In this document: positions 30,101 through 41,300 of the stretch, one piece after another
Numbering within the stretch: the first letter of the stretch is position 1
Layout: every line of letters starts with the position of its first letter
Assembly (NCBI GenBank): GCA_963750165.1
Contig: CAVVPN010000003.1
Span: 3,424,001 to 3,488,000 of the forward strand
Length of the DNA stretch: 64,000 bases
Source: an uncultured Gemmataceae bacterium
GTDB taxonomy: Bacteria; Planctomycetota; Planctomycetia; Gemmatales; Gemmataceae
Direction of reading: 5' to 3'
Program-made: the position numbers and the translations under genes
The notes under the pieces: model-generated
What the model saw: the letters and a program-made list of their open reading frames with translations, nothing else
What the model was told of the DNA's origin: nothing
Databases searched by the model: none

Positions 30101-31900
30101 GTGTTCGGCCACGGGCGCGGCGGGGCCCCAGGACAGGCCGTTGTTCCCGCTGGCCCTGCTGCTTTCCGCCACGAAAATGCCGTTGTTTGACTGGAACCCG
30201 TCGGCGCGCTGCGTGCCGTCGGGGTTGGTCAAGGTGGGTTGCGCCCCCTTGAAGGTGGCCGCCATGAAGCTGACGTAGACGTTGCCCTGGGCGTCGAAGG
30301 CCACCGCCGGCGCCGCCGCCCCCTGATCAAAGCCCGCGGGCAGGTCAATCGAACTGGGCGTCCAGGTGGTGCCGCCATCGGTCGAGACAGCGATGCCAAT
30401 GCCCGCATAACCCGCGGCGTGTGGCGTGAGTGGGGAGTAGTCCAGGTAGGCCGTGACCAGGTGCTTCGGGTTGATCGGGTCCACGGCAACCGTGGGCGCC
30501 TGTTGCACGCCGGCCGCCGCGGTCACGTCAGTGTTGGCGGGAGGAGTTCCCAGGAGGGCCAGGTCCTTGCCGACCCCCTGTTTGCTGTTGGTGGACCTGT
30601 CGGTCTGGGCCACCGCGTTGGCCGGGTCGATGTCCAGCGCGAGGTAGGTGGTGGACAGGGAGTCGAACCCGGCCGGGGCCTGGGTGGGCAAGGTCACCGT
30701 CACCGTGCCACTGACCGAGGCTCCCGCCGCGAGGGGACCAAGGTGCAAGAGCGGGGCGGACAGGACCGTTCCTTGCAGCGGCCCCGTGCCGGACAGTTCG
30801 CTGGCGGTCGCCAGCTGCAGGTTGGCGTCAAAGGCCGGCGCGGCGCCGAGGCCCTGGTTGGTCACCGTGTACTGAATCGTGACGGTCTGCCCCCAGGCGG
30901 TCGCCGGGGCGGCAAGGCTGAACGAGGTTCCGACCAGATCGGGAAGCGCTTTCAGGCCGAAATTGACGCCGTTGGTGGCCTGACCATCGACGAGCGGCAC
31001 GGTCTGGGCGGCGCCGCCCGGGGATGTCGCCTGATCGCCCTGCGGCACGACCAGATCCACCGCGACATTCGGGGGGGAGGGGACGGTGGCGCCTGTGAAC
31101 GAAAAATTGCCGGCCGCGTCGGTGGTGGTGCTCGGTTCGGGCTGGGTCAGGGTGAGCGACCAGTTGTTCAGGGTTAGACCCGTGCTGTTATCGGTGGGAA
31201 GCTGAGCCACCAGATACCAGGCGCCGTTCGGGTCCTCGTTCTCGATCAGCACCTGCGGGTTGTTAAAGGCCATCTGCGGCGCGTAAGGATGGTCCGGGGT
31301 GGTGTTCGGAACGGGGCTGCCGGCCCCGTTCACGTAATTGGTCGAGTTGCCGTCGAAGGTGCCTGTAAAGTGCTGACCCGCCGCGAGCGTGAAGACAGTG
31401 GCCGCCACGCCCGTACCGGTGTTGAGCCCCACGGGGCTTAGCAGGAAAACGGGCACCGCATTGGTAGTGTTATTGGTCAGGTCCAGGCTGAGGGCGACAT
31501 CGGTTAAGGTCTGAGGGATGTTGCTCTCGTTAATGGGCGAACCGAAATAGCCGCCGCCAAAATCGGTCCAGGCCAGATCGGCGGGCGCCGCGTTCACGGT
31601 CGTGGGGTTGTTCAGTTGGCCGGTTCCTTTGAGGTCCAGGAAAAGCACCTGGCCCGCCAGCCCTGGATCGGCGGGTTGGCGCAGGCCGTCGCCGTTCAAA
31701 TCGTTAAAGACGCTACCGAAGATCGAGGCCGACAGCAAGGTGCGGTCTTCGAGGATCTCCAGCAAGAGGCGCGTCCGCCACCGCGCCCGGTGGGCACGGC
31801 GGCGCGCCGCCAGTCGGCCCCCCCTGGCCAGGCACCAATCCGCCAGGAACTGGTGAGTGAGGTCAATGCAGATGAAGGAAAGACGGGGCAGGGGCAACAT
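24128..31900 (-). CDS. 2590-aa exported protein: LEPR-XLL motif, SdrD-B/proprotein-convertase-P-like and CARDB-like domains, BNR/Asp-box propeller, PPC-like domains, FG-GAP repeats, Pro-rich linker and C-terminal hydrophobic segment
   Basis: 'LLLEILEDRTLLS'. Asp-boxes STDGGTTW, SHDYGQSW, STDAGQHF. FG-GAP motifs 'ADFNGDGNPDV', 'GDFNGDGKTDA', 'GNGDGTF'. C-terminal WLGMAGLAAIAAGLF. AGGAG RBS. Confidence 0.88.
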   Translation of the reverse strand: MLPLPRLSFICIDLTHQFLADWCLARGGRLAARRRAHRARWRTRLLLEILEDRTLLSASIFGSVFNDLNGDGLRQPADPGLAGQVLFLDLKGTGQLNNPTTVNAAPADLAWTDFGGGYFGSPINESNIPQTLTDVALSLDLTNNTTNAVPVFLLSPVGLNTGTGVAATVFTLAAGQHFTGTFDGNSTNYVNGAGSPVPNTTPDHPYAPQMAFNNPQVLIENEDPNGAWYLVAQLPTDNSTGLTLNNWSLTLTQPEPSTTTDAAGNFSFTGATVPSPPNVAVDLVVPQGDQATSPGGAAQTVPLVDGQATNGVNFGLKALPDLVGTSFSLAAPATAWGQTVTIQYTVTNQGLGAAPAFDANLQLATASELSGTGPLQGTVLSAPLLHLGPLAAGASVSGTVTVTLPTQAPAGFDSLSTTYLALDIDPANAVAQTDRSTNSKQGVGKDLALLGTPPANTDVTAAAGVQQAPTVAVDPINPKHLVTAYLDYSPLTPHAAGYAGIGIAVSTDGGTTWTPSSIDLPAGFDQGAAAPAVAFDAQGNVYVSFMAATFKGAQPTLTNPDGTQRADGFQSNNGIFVAESSRASGNNGLSWGPAAPVAEHTYTGTAVPFDCFPALAIDTIPGSPYLGSIYVTWTRFYPAGQFPGDSGSTNGSDVLFAISNTSNGGTAWAIQMQNLPGTGAGTGLVSAIKDPVAGSLDHGGAGTGFIAYPSVTVGAGGAVFVSAYLGGYFTVYASTKGGSSGPATDPVSSFTSPNINTLLGVPFNLAALGGGPQIDTDATLDNFRTLNTREIAADPTRPGVLYAVAAAAQDQVAQSSSAAANGIVFAVSHDYGQSWVSNFTVGNEAAAQLTATQLDSNYFPVLNDDNGGQYPGFASSSQGQVVSHQVLPTLSVNAQGDLTVIWYDTRSDPNGQNLSVWGTVSTDAGQHFSANFAVTNTSFNPNLGVFTGGNGTQTYYLGDQLGVATTTSGTAYAVWTRAVTAGDQDVYFGSYALTPVPPAAADRFAPNQTAQTATNLGSVTVQQEVPQLTLLPTDANEWFSLQAGANGVLSVSATAVSGGSNLQLQLTDADGNLLPAALTNVQDATGAVLGQSLEIHGVSGTTYKIHVSGSSASALHYQLTVESLTADLGTQVAGTRSDALAAGDKNIYRLAAAVTGFMQIDLTGTALQGSGLTLTILGADGQTVLAASPTPATITTDNPQAQFRLPVTQGEVMLIEVSAADAASSGSFTLQFTNLDQYENTEPQVEGAISESNSLPAAVLANQDYAVTAPADGTPLQVTFSASGGYAGTLKVRAVNSTMTALVAGTSNQYVASGGSASFDLSAVAPGETVYIRVSTNPNDPQNPGDQAAYTLTGTQVEGTISDARTVPQPTLSNQDYAVTATLNGTLQVTLNTSGGYAGQLKVRIVNSAKTALVAGNQYVTSGGTLTFTVPSVTAGETVYVRVSSDPNNPQNPGDQANYTMTVTNFAVTSTHFFPTQGDPTSLAVANLAGPNQPADLLVSNTTASDTLGVLTGNTDGTFQAERQFDIGPGLDAPGQPSGNRQIAVADFNGDGNPDVLVPNSRSGDVSLLLGNGNGTVQPQRVFDAINHPDWIATGDFNGDGKTDAVVLENYNNGQPSQFVVLLGHGDGTFSPPLQPFNTTTFTDGAGPLVVGDFTGDGKLDVIVFSKNAATAEFFRGNGDGTFQAGVTFATPENIFNAQAVHLNGDRNLDLVLTGTNTGNVYVLLGNGDGTFQPAQVYQAMAPRQGEDVGVVGLAVVNQFPLPANAPTLPSGMSYGNTDIVVTASIRGGAGTAEVILLPGIVDAQGHYTFGAPLVLAQVGTAGQIVAGDFNNDGATDLAVADKGGVTVIYGQPLVLAPNTDLAHARNLGAATHLLTQPLAIVTGHADAYFSYTVPTEAAPGTGPQVIDISAQFQYSVGNGLDLEVLDAQGHALSPGSILQETHTAIGARIRVLAPQGTVLTLHVFGVAGGAGVYTLDLDVLPQLASVQAPGSFPGANGTSGGPANTLILTFQGDHLDLAAAQNPANYTVTWLGTPNPTGPNPQPQVIPLAAPGNGLQAVYAAGVNIGVATGRFYPAEAEQTVTLYFAQALQPGTYRVEVSPAVQAAAYNSTEAELLVGGAAFNGHPVVTVAAGVIAPNNQKTMPGLVPMPSPIDLDQLSAGNKFLTQYHDNQGALLTSLQQTRGGDDPSITPALNAQTVTSFLPAVGGLTVLVIWLDPVSADAADSQGQRLIFNQQSNALSNNLARTYIEVANNVEVLVLAGLGGESFTLNLSDVQASSRGGAVLFNGGQTETFALTDAIRGGERTFNFDLTAPDIAAAVVLATPVDTLAGSGTLPGESAALTEPSGFSGTSIAATTGAFLLAASLALTTSLSSTAPLNASQTHDNEDGLSGEGALLLGGLTINPGEYENLDDDWENLPELGAGRAGGGVVPPNGALAWILQQFREANQMRPPRPRVAPPPGPQPEAPPESEEDALVVDPVDPLVASTPAGGQPLPPTTPAAEPCPRPAPLPDPGPVTPPPPDALEPVDDAASEPAVPATPVDQVWSVENPPVDWLGMAGLAAIAAGLFQPTLLGFDSEERRSQVVGLTR

Positions 31901-32075
31901 AAGGGTTTCTCCTTCTACCGGTCAACACTCGTTGGTGGCCCGAGCACTTGGACTGGGAGCTTGCCCCTTTGGGCGCTATTGGCCTGAAGGTGTTGTAAGC
32001 GATCAGGCGCTGATTCAGGCCAGGACTTCCGTTCCGAATAAGTGATTCAGCAGGAAACTTAGAGCGGTTCGCAGT

Positions 32076-32145
32076 TGGGTGTAGCGGAAGTCGCCAGACT
32101 TCCGTCCGGTGCTGCTCGGAAGTCTGGCGACTTCCGCTACACCCA
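32076..32145. repeat. GTAG-type REP-like palindrome (29-bp perfect arms)
   Basis: TGGGTGTAGCGGAAGTCGCCAGACTTCCG at 32076-32104 and its exact reverse complement at 32117-32145. Confidence 0.85.
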
Positions 32146-32317
32146 TTCGCAATCTGCAATAGCTTGCACACTTCAGATGTTAAGAAACTACCATTCCCAT
32201 TTCACGAAATAAAGCGATTGTTACAAAAAATCGACAACGGGAAAGTCGTCCAGCGCCAGTGCTCCCTACCATGCCGGCCACAACGGCGCTGCGCCGCCTA
32301 CCCCTGCGTTACTTTTC

Positions 32318-35300
32318 CTACAACCCGCGCTCCAGGAATTCTCCGTAACCTGAGCCCGACGCGCTATCGAACCAATCCGTTCCTCCCAGGCCTTCAAAGA
32401 TGGCGTCGAGTGCCGCCAGGTTCGGGCCGCTATCCCACGGGTTGGAATCGACGTTAGCCGTGTCCTGGGAATAACCCTTCTGGGCGCCGCTGTTGCCGAG
32501 CACGAGCGCCGGGATGCCGGAATTCATGGTGTCGGCGGTGGCGGCCGACCCGTTGACCGTGAACGAGCCCGGGAGACTGAGGTACGTTTCCGGCTGCGTC
32601 GGGGCTTGCAAGTCGCTCGCCTTGCCGGTGTCCGTCCGTGGCTCGGTCGCCGGGAAGGCGGCAGTCCCGGACTCCTGGACGATGGGATTCTGGTTGGCGT
32701 CGAGGTCCGAGTCGGGTGCCGCCACGAACTCGGCATTGAACACGTTCACGATGGCTGCGACCATCCCATTGATGGAGCCGTAAGGAGCGGTCGCGTTGGC
32801 TTCCATGTCTGCCACGCTTTGCGCAGTCACGGTGACGCTGCGCTGGGCATTGACACCGCCGTTGGGGGTGGCGTTAATCAGGTCGGGAAGCAACAGGTTG
32901 GCCACGGGGCTGCCCAGACCAGTGGCCAGATTGTAGCCCGCGCCGGCGTTAAAGGTGCCGTTGCTGCCGCTGGTGATCTGGTGGAAATCACTGACCGGCA
33001 CGCTGTACAGGTCTTGCTGGGCCTCGTTCGGGCTGGCGGTGCCGAAGCTGGCTTTCCCGGCCAGGGCGCGGCCCTGGTTGGCGAGCACGAGGAGCCCCGC
33101 CCAGTTCGGGGCCGACAAACTGGTGCCGCCGACAGTGACCATCGGACTACCGCCGAGCAGGTTATACGTATCGGCGATCCAGGCGCCCGTGGCGGGGTCG
33201 GCCACTGCCGCCACGTCGGGGGTGGAACGGCTGCCCGTGGACTGCACGCCGAGTTGCCAGGCCGGCTCGGCTTCAAACTGACTCAGGCCGCCACCGCTGC
33301 CGATGAACTGACCCATCGTGCTGGAGTAATACCCCCAGGCGGTCTCGCTGTTGTACGAATCGTCCGCGTTGAGCGTGAGGCTGGTGCCGCCGACCGCCAC
33401 CACGTTGGGCGAATAGGCGGGGTACTCGGGGTCGGCCGCGCCGTAGTCGCCGGTGCTGGCCACGAAGGTCACGCCCTGGTGGCCGGCTGGCGTGGTCAGG
33501 TAGCTGTCGTAAAGGGCTTCCTGCTGGGCCGTAATCATCTGATTCTCGGCGAAGCCCCAGCTCATCGACACCACCGACACGCCCGGTTGATCGGCTGCGG
33601 TGGCCACGCCGGTCATCAGGTCGGCCAGCGACTGGCTGTTACTTTCCACCAGCACAATGTTCGCGCCGGGGGCGAGGGCGTGGACCCATTCCACGTCGAG
33701 CGCGATCTCCATTTCCCAGTTGCTCACCCCTGCCCCGGTCGGGTCGGTCGCGGGCAACGGGGTCGTTTGGCCCTGCTGATTGAGCACGGTCAGGAAGGAC
33801 GACGCCGGGCCGTACTGCTCGAACAGGCTCGGGCTGGTAGTCGTCAGGCTGAATTGCAGGTCGAACGTGTCCAGCGACTGATAGATGTTCGGGTCGTCGT
33901 AGGCATCGACGATGGCGATGGTCTGGCCCGTGCCGTCCAGGGCGGCACTGTTGATGCCGTAGGCGGATCGGATCTGGGCGGGCGTGTACACCGTGCCGCC
34001 GGCGCCGGTCGATTGATTGAGGATGGTGTTGCCGCTGATGTTGATGGTATCGACGATGAGCGAACCTCGGAACTGCCCGTTGCCGCTAATGCCGAGCGGG
34101 GCGGTGGGCGCGTAGATGAGGCCGCCGGGCATGACGATGCCGTTGCCGCTCAAGGTGATGGTCTTGGTGTTCGTGCGTGGCTGGAAGAAGAGGATGCCGT
34201 CATAGGGCCCGCTGGTCATGGGGGTGAGGCTGATGTTGCCGTTGCCGCTCAGGTTGATGTTGCCATAGCTCGAGCCATTGCCGGCGTTGTCGATCATGAC
34301 GCCGTTGCCCGAGACGTTGCCGTTGCCCGAGACGCTGAAGCCGCCCCCCTGGATGACGTAGATGCCGGGGTTCATCGTCAGGTTGCCATTGCCCGAGACG
34401 GAAATCCCGCTGTAGAGGCCGGGGTAGATCATTAGCGAACTGTTCCCCGAGACATTGACCGCCGTCGCGGTGCCGCTGGCGGTGGGCGCAACGAGGCTGG
34501 CGAGCGGGTCGGTGAACGACGCGGCGCCGGTGGTGGGCGCCGGGCTGATGTGAGCATTGCCACTCGTCTTGACTGCCCCGTGGACCCGGACGGCGCTGCC
34601 GGTGACGATGGCGTTGCCGCTGGCGCTGAGGGCGTTTGTTGCGTTGGAGTCCACAGCGATGATGCCCCCAACCACGAGTTGCGCGTTGCCGCTGAGCGTC
34701 AACGCATTGGCGGCGGTCGGGTCGAGGACATAGGCGGTCGTGCTCGTTACGGCGGTCACCGTCACCGACACGGTGCCGCTGCTGGGAAGCAACACACTGT
34801 TGCCGCTGTAAGCCGCGCTGATCGTATGCGTTCCCAGCGTGAGGGCGGAGGTGGTGAGCGTTGCCGTCCCATTCGTGAGGGAGATCGTTCCCAACGTGGT
34901 TGAGGTCGTGGTGTCCACGAAGACCACGTTCCCGGTCGGCGGCAGCGCGGCGGCAACCGTCGCCGTGAATGTGTAATTCGCGCCGCTGGCCGAGGCGGTG
35001 ACGGTGGTGGTCGTCGCCGGTTGGAGAACGTTGACGGTCGCCGTTACCGTGGTCGCGGAGAAATAGCTATCCCCGCTGTAGACCGCTGTGATGTTGTGAG
35101 CCCCAAGGGTCAGCGCCGAGGTCTGGTAAGAGGTGCTGCCGTTGGACAGCGTGGTTACGTCCAGAACCGTGGTGCCGTCCTTGAAGGTCACCGTGCCGCC
35201 GGGAGTGACATTGGCAAACCCGTTCGGCGTGACGGCGACCGAGAAGGTGATTCCCTGGCCATAGACGGCGTTCGTGGTAGATGGGGTCAACGCCACGTTG

Positions 35301-38300
35301 GGGTTGCTCGAACTGACCAGTACGTCGGTGCCGGTGGTGGTGTTGTAAGCCGCGAACCGGTACATGAACAATTCGTAATCACCGCCCGTGCTGGCCTGGC
35401 CCGTGGCGTGCTGATAATCGTCCACCTCGACCGTGTAAGTGCCGGTCGTCGGCAGCGTCTCATCGATGATGGACGAATCGGACGGCTCGAACTGGTCGTC
35501 GTTCCAGGTGAGCAACTGACCGTTGGGCCCGTAGAGATAGAGCACCGAGTCAATGGGGTCGGTGATGCGGGTCAGGGCGGCGGACTTGACGTAGAAGCTC
35601 ATCAGCGAGCCGGCCGTGGCCTGGAAGGTGTAGAAGTCCGGAGAGGTCGTCGTCGCGCTGCCGGCCGCGAGGGTGCCAAGCACGTCCACGGCGGCCACGT
35701 CAAAGTTCATGCCGGCGTCGTAGCCGGTGGTGACGGGGTTGGGCACGTTCAACTGATACAGGCTCACGGGCTGCGCCGACACATTCGTCGGCATGGTGCC
35801 GGGAGTGGTGGTCGTCCCGGGGGTAGGATTCGAGGGGGTGGGCGGCGTCTCGGAGACCAGATAGATGGGGTTCGCTTGCGCAGCTGAGGCACTCACGGTG
35901 TACGGCCCGTCGTCGCCACTGTGGTTCGTGCCATCGACCACGGTGCCGTCGGAGATGAATGCCAGGCTGATGGCGTCGCGCTCGCCGAACGACGCCTGAC
36001 CGGTTGCCAGTTCCTGTAACGTGGAGCCGACCGACGCCGGCGAAGCAATGATGTTGTCCAGGGTGTTGAAGGCGGCCACCGGGCCGGTGTAGGCCGGGTA
36101 ATAAGCGCCGGCTCCCGGCGGATTCGAGATGCCGAAGCCGATTGGGTCATAGGAATCCTCATGCCGCAGTCCCAGGGTGTGCCCCAGTTCGTGGGCCGTG
36201 ACCGTGATCGACATGCCGATGAAATTGGCGTCGGTGTCCGGCTGCTGGTAGAGGCCCGTGCCCAAAAAGCCGTTGACATCCACCACCATACTGGTGTTCA
36301 AGTTCAGGTTGCGGAAGTCGATCTCGTTCGATTTGCCGCCGGGCGACGGTTGGGCATTGGAGATCGGCACCACGTTGAAATAAACGGTCTCATAAGGCGT
36401 GCCGGCGGGGATCACGGTGGGGTCGAGCGTGAACTGGGTGAGGTTGAAGGTGCCGCCGTTCAGGGACTGATTGTTGAACGCCGCGAAGTCATTCTGAAGG
36501 CCCTGCAAAATGGCTTGCTCGTCGCTGGCGGTATAGCTGCCGGTGCCGTTGTGCAGCGACTCGGTAATCGGGATGACGGTCGGGTTCACCGCGACGTTGG
36601 CATTGATGTCGTTCAGGGCGGTCTGGATGTTTGCGGCCAGGGTTGTCGGGTTCGAGTTCCACAGGATGGGGGCCGTTTGGGAACCGTTGAGCGACAGGGT
36701 GAAGCTACCGCCCGTGACATTGCCGCTGAACGTGATGGTCTGCACCGCCGGAGTGGTGGCCGTGCCGGCAGTGGTGGTGTCCACATAGACGAACGCGGCG
36801 GGGCCGGTGAGGGATGCGTTATTTGCGGTCATCGTGTCCGGGATGCCAGGATTCTGGAAGCTGACGACTTCACCGATGTCGGTCGCCAGCGGCGTCGGAA
36901 AATCAGTGAAATCCAGGTACACCCACTGGGTCTGGGCCGTCGTGGGCGGGACGGCGGCGCGGGCATAGGGATCGGGGTTATCGACCTGGGAGCCCTTGAC
37001 GGTGCCGTTGATACCGCTCCCGATGATGGTGTCGTTGCCAGGACTGCCGATCGCGTTGGTGATGGCCGGCACGGCCGGCAGGGTCAGCGACAGGTTCGTG
37101 GAGCCGTCACTATTCTTGGTGACCGTTTGCGTGCCGGCGGTTGTCAGATTCAGGTTGACGCCGCCGCCCTGGAAATTCGAGAAGTCGAGAGTGCTGTTGG
37201 TGGCCGCCCCGGTGGGTTCGTTCAGGGTCACGTTGCCGAAGTTAAAACCCGAGTCGCCGCCGACGAAGGAGAAGGTGTCGGTGCCGCCGCTGCCGTTGAA
37301 GGTGCCGCCGTTCTGATAAATGGCGGCAGACACCGCCGTCCCCGGCGTCAGCCCCAACAGCCCCGGATCCTCGATGACGAAACGGTTGTTACCGCCTCCC
37401 GTGGCGCTCAAGTTCGACAGCAAGCCACCAACCATAACATTGTTGCTGCCGGTGGCGGTGGCCGTCAGTTGATAACTGCTGGCGGCCAGGCCGTTACTGA
37501 CCGCCTGATTCACCACGGCCAGCTGGCTCGGAGTAATGTTTTCGGTGAGCACCCCGCCGCTGCCCATGTTGACCGTGGAAAACAACCCCGCCACCACCTG
37601 GTTGCCGCTGCCTGTGAGATTGATGTTCAACTCGATGTTTTGCAGACCCGCGTTGGTAACCGCCTGGCTGTAGAGGGTCGGATTGATTTCGAAGAGGCTC
37701 TGCAAGAATGTCGGTTGATTGACGAGCAGGGCGTCCACCAGCGCCGGTGTGGAAACGACCAGTTCGAGGATCACCATCGGGCTGATCCCGGCGTCGGTCG
37801 CCGCCGCGGGCACCGGGGTGACCTCGGCTCCGGTCGCCGCCACGGGCAACGGGGTGACTTCCGTTCCGGCCGCCGCCGCGGGCAACGGGGTGATCGTGGC
37901 CCCGGCGGCCACCACGGGCAATGGGGTGATCGTGGCACCGGCGGCGGCCACCGGCAACGGAGTGATCGCGGCACCGGCGGCCACCACGGGCAACGGGGTG
38001 ATCGTGGCACCGGCGGCCACCACGGGCAACGGGGTGATCGTGGCACCGGCCGCCACCGCGGGCAACACGGTGGTCGCGGCACCGGCGGCCACCACGGGCA
38101 ACGAGGTGATTGCGGCGCCAGCGACCACCGCGGGCACTGGAGTGATTGCGGCGCCCGCGGCCACCACGGGCAACGGGGTGATCGTGGCTCCGGCCGCCAC
38201 CGCGGGCATCGGAGTGATTGCAGCACCGGCCGCCACCACCGGCAACGGGATGACCTCGGCTCCGGCGGCGGCCACGGGCAACGGGGTGATCGCGGCGCTC

Positions 38301-41300
38301 GCGGCCACCGCGGACAACGGAGTGATCGCGGCACCGGCGGCCACCGTGGGCAACGTGGCGGCGTCCAATAGCGTGACCAGTGGCAGCAATACCACCACTT
38401 CATTCAGCGTCCCCGGGTTCACTTTAAGATTCGCCAGCGTCGCGGCATTCACCTCGCCAACCAACGTGTTCAGGATGGTTGGATCGACCGCCGCCACCAG
38501 GGCGTTGAGCGTGGTGGTGGACACTTCACCGAGCACGGTGTTCAGCGCGTTGGTGCTGACCCCACCGAGCACGGCGTTCAGCGTGGTGCCACTCAGGCCG
38601 CCGAGCACGGCGTTCAGCGTCGTACTGGTCACGCCGCCGAGCACCGCGTTCAGCGTGTTACTGGTCAGGCCGCCGAGTATTGCATTCAGCGTCGTGCTGG
38701 TCAGGCCGCCCAGCACGGCGTTCAGCGTGTTACTGGTCAGGCCGCCCAGTACCGTGTTCAGCGTACCACTGCCCGCACCGCCCAGCACCGCGTCCAGCGT
38801 ACTGGAAGTCAAGCCGCCGAGCACGGCGTTCAGCGTGTTGGTGTCAAGACCGCCGAGCACGGCGTTCAGCGTGTTGGTGTCAAGACCGCCGAGCACGGCG
38901 TTCAGCGTGCCGGTGGTCAAGCCGCCGAGCACGGTGTTCAGGGTGCCGCTGCCCACGCCGCCGAGCACGGTGTTCAGGGTGCCGCTGCCCACGCCGCCGA
39001 GCACGGTGTTCAGGGTGCCGCTGCCCACGCCGCCGAGCACGGTGTTCAGGGTGCCGCTGCCCACGCCGCCGAGCACCGCGTTCAAGGTGCCAGTGGTCAA
39101 GCCGCCCAGCACGGCGTCGAGCGTGGTACCGGTCAAGCCACCCAACACGACATTGAGTGTGGTGGTGTTCAGGCCACCCAGCACCGCGTTCAACGTGCCG
39201 CTGTCCAACCCGCCGAGCACGGTGTTTAGCGTGCCGGTGTTCAAACCCCCCAGCACGGTGTTCAGGGTGCCGCTGCCCACACCGCCTAGCACCGCGTTCA
39301 GCGTGCCGCTGCCCACGCTGCCGAGCACGGTGTTCAGCGTCGTGCCACTCAGGCCGCCCAGCACCGTGTTCAACGTCGTGCCACTCAGGCCGCCCAGCAC
39401 CGTGTTCAGCGTTGTCCCACTCAGGCCGCCGAGTACGGTGTTCAGCGTGGTGCCACTCAGGCCGCCCAGCACCGTGTTCAGCGTCGTGCCACTCAGGCCG
39501 CCCAGCACCGTGTTCAGCGTGCCACTGCCCACACCTCCCAGCACCGCGTTCAGGGTGCCGTTGCCCACACCGCCGAGCACGGTGTTTAGCGTGGTGCCAC
39601 TCAGGCCGCCCAGCACCGTGTTCAACGTCGTGCCACTCAGACCGCCGAGGACGGTATTCAGCGTTGTGCCACTCAGGCCGCCCAGCACGGTATTCAGCGT
39701 CGTGGTATTCAGACCGCCGAGGACGGTGTTCAGTGTCGTGCCACTCAGGCCGCCGAGGACGGTGTTCAGCGTGGTGCCACTCAGGCCGCCCAGCACGGCG
39801 TTCAGGGTGCCACTGCCCACACCACCCAGCACGGTATTCAACGTACCGCTACCCACACCGCCCAGAACCGCGTTCAGCGTGGTATTGCTAGCGCCGCCCA
39901 GCACGGTGTTCAGCGTGCCGGTGCTCAGGCCCCCCAGCACCGTATTCAACGTGCCAGTGGTCAAGCCGCCCAGTACGGCGTTGAGGGTGGTGCCGGTCAG
40001 GCCGCCCAGCACGGCGTTCAGCGTCGTGCCGCTGGCCCCGCCCAGGACGGCGTTCAGTGTGCCGCTGCTCAAGCCACCCAGGACGGTGTTCAGCGTACCG
40101 CTGCTCAAGCCGCCCAGGACGGTGTTCAGCGTACCGCTGCTCAGGCCCCCCAGCACAGTGTTCAGCGTGCCTGTACCAAGCCCGCCCAGGACGGCGTTGA
40201 GCGTGGTGGTGGTAATGCCGCCGAGTACCGTGTTCAGCGTCGTGCCGGTCAGGCCGCCGAGTACCGCGTTCAGCGTCGTGCCGCTGGCCCCGCCGAGCAC
40301 GGTGTTCAGGGTGGTGCTGTTCACGCCGCCCAGCACGGCGTTCAGCGTCGTGCCGGTCAGGCCGCCGAGTACCGCGTTCAGCGTCGTGCCGCTGGCCCCA
40401 CCGAGCACGGCGTTCAGGGTGGTGCTGTTCACGCCGCCCAGGACGGTGTTCAACGTGGTGCCGCTCAGCCCGCCCAGCACGGCGTTGATCGTGGTGCTGT
40501 TCGCTCCCCCGAGCACAGCGTTCAACGTGGTGCTGGTCAAACCGCCCAGCACGGTGTTCAACGTCGTGCTGGTCAGGCCGCCCAGGACGGCGTTCAGCGT
40601 GCCACTGCCCAGGCCGCCCAGGACGGTGTTCAAGGTGGTGCCGCTCACCCCCCCCAGGACGGTATTCAGCGTGGTGCTGCCCAGGCCGCCCAGGACGGTG
40701 TTCAACGTGGTGCCGCTCACCCCGCCCAGCACGGCGTTCAGTGTGGTGCCGCTCACCCCGCCCAGTACGGTATTCAGCGTGGTGCTGGTCAGCCCGCCCA
40801 GGACGGCGTTCAACGCGCTACTGTTCAAGCCGCCCAGCACGGTGTTCAGCGTCGTACCCGTCAGGCCGCCCAGCACCGCGTTCAGTGTCGTGCTGCTGGC
40901 GCCGCCCAGCACGGCACTGAGCGTGGTGGTGTTCAAGCCGCCCAGCACGGTGTTCAGGGTGGTGCCGCTCACCCCGCCCAGCACCGCGTTCAGCGTAGTA
41001 TCGCTCACCCCGCCCAGGACGGTGTTCAGCGTGGTGCCGCTCACCCCGCCCAGCACCGCGTTCAACGTCGTGCTGCTGGCGCCACCGAGCACGGTGTTCA
41101 GCGTGGTGCCGCTCACCCCGCCCAGCACCGCGTTCAGCGTGGTGGTGTCAAGACCGCCGAGCACGGCGTTCAGTGTGGTGGTGGTCAGGCCGCCGAGCAC
41201 GGCGCTCAGTGTGTTCGTGTTGAGGCCACCCAGCACGGCGTTCAGCGTAGTATCGCTCACCCCGCCCAGCACGGCGTTCAGCGTGGTGCCGCTCACCCCG

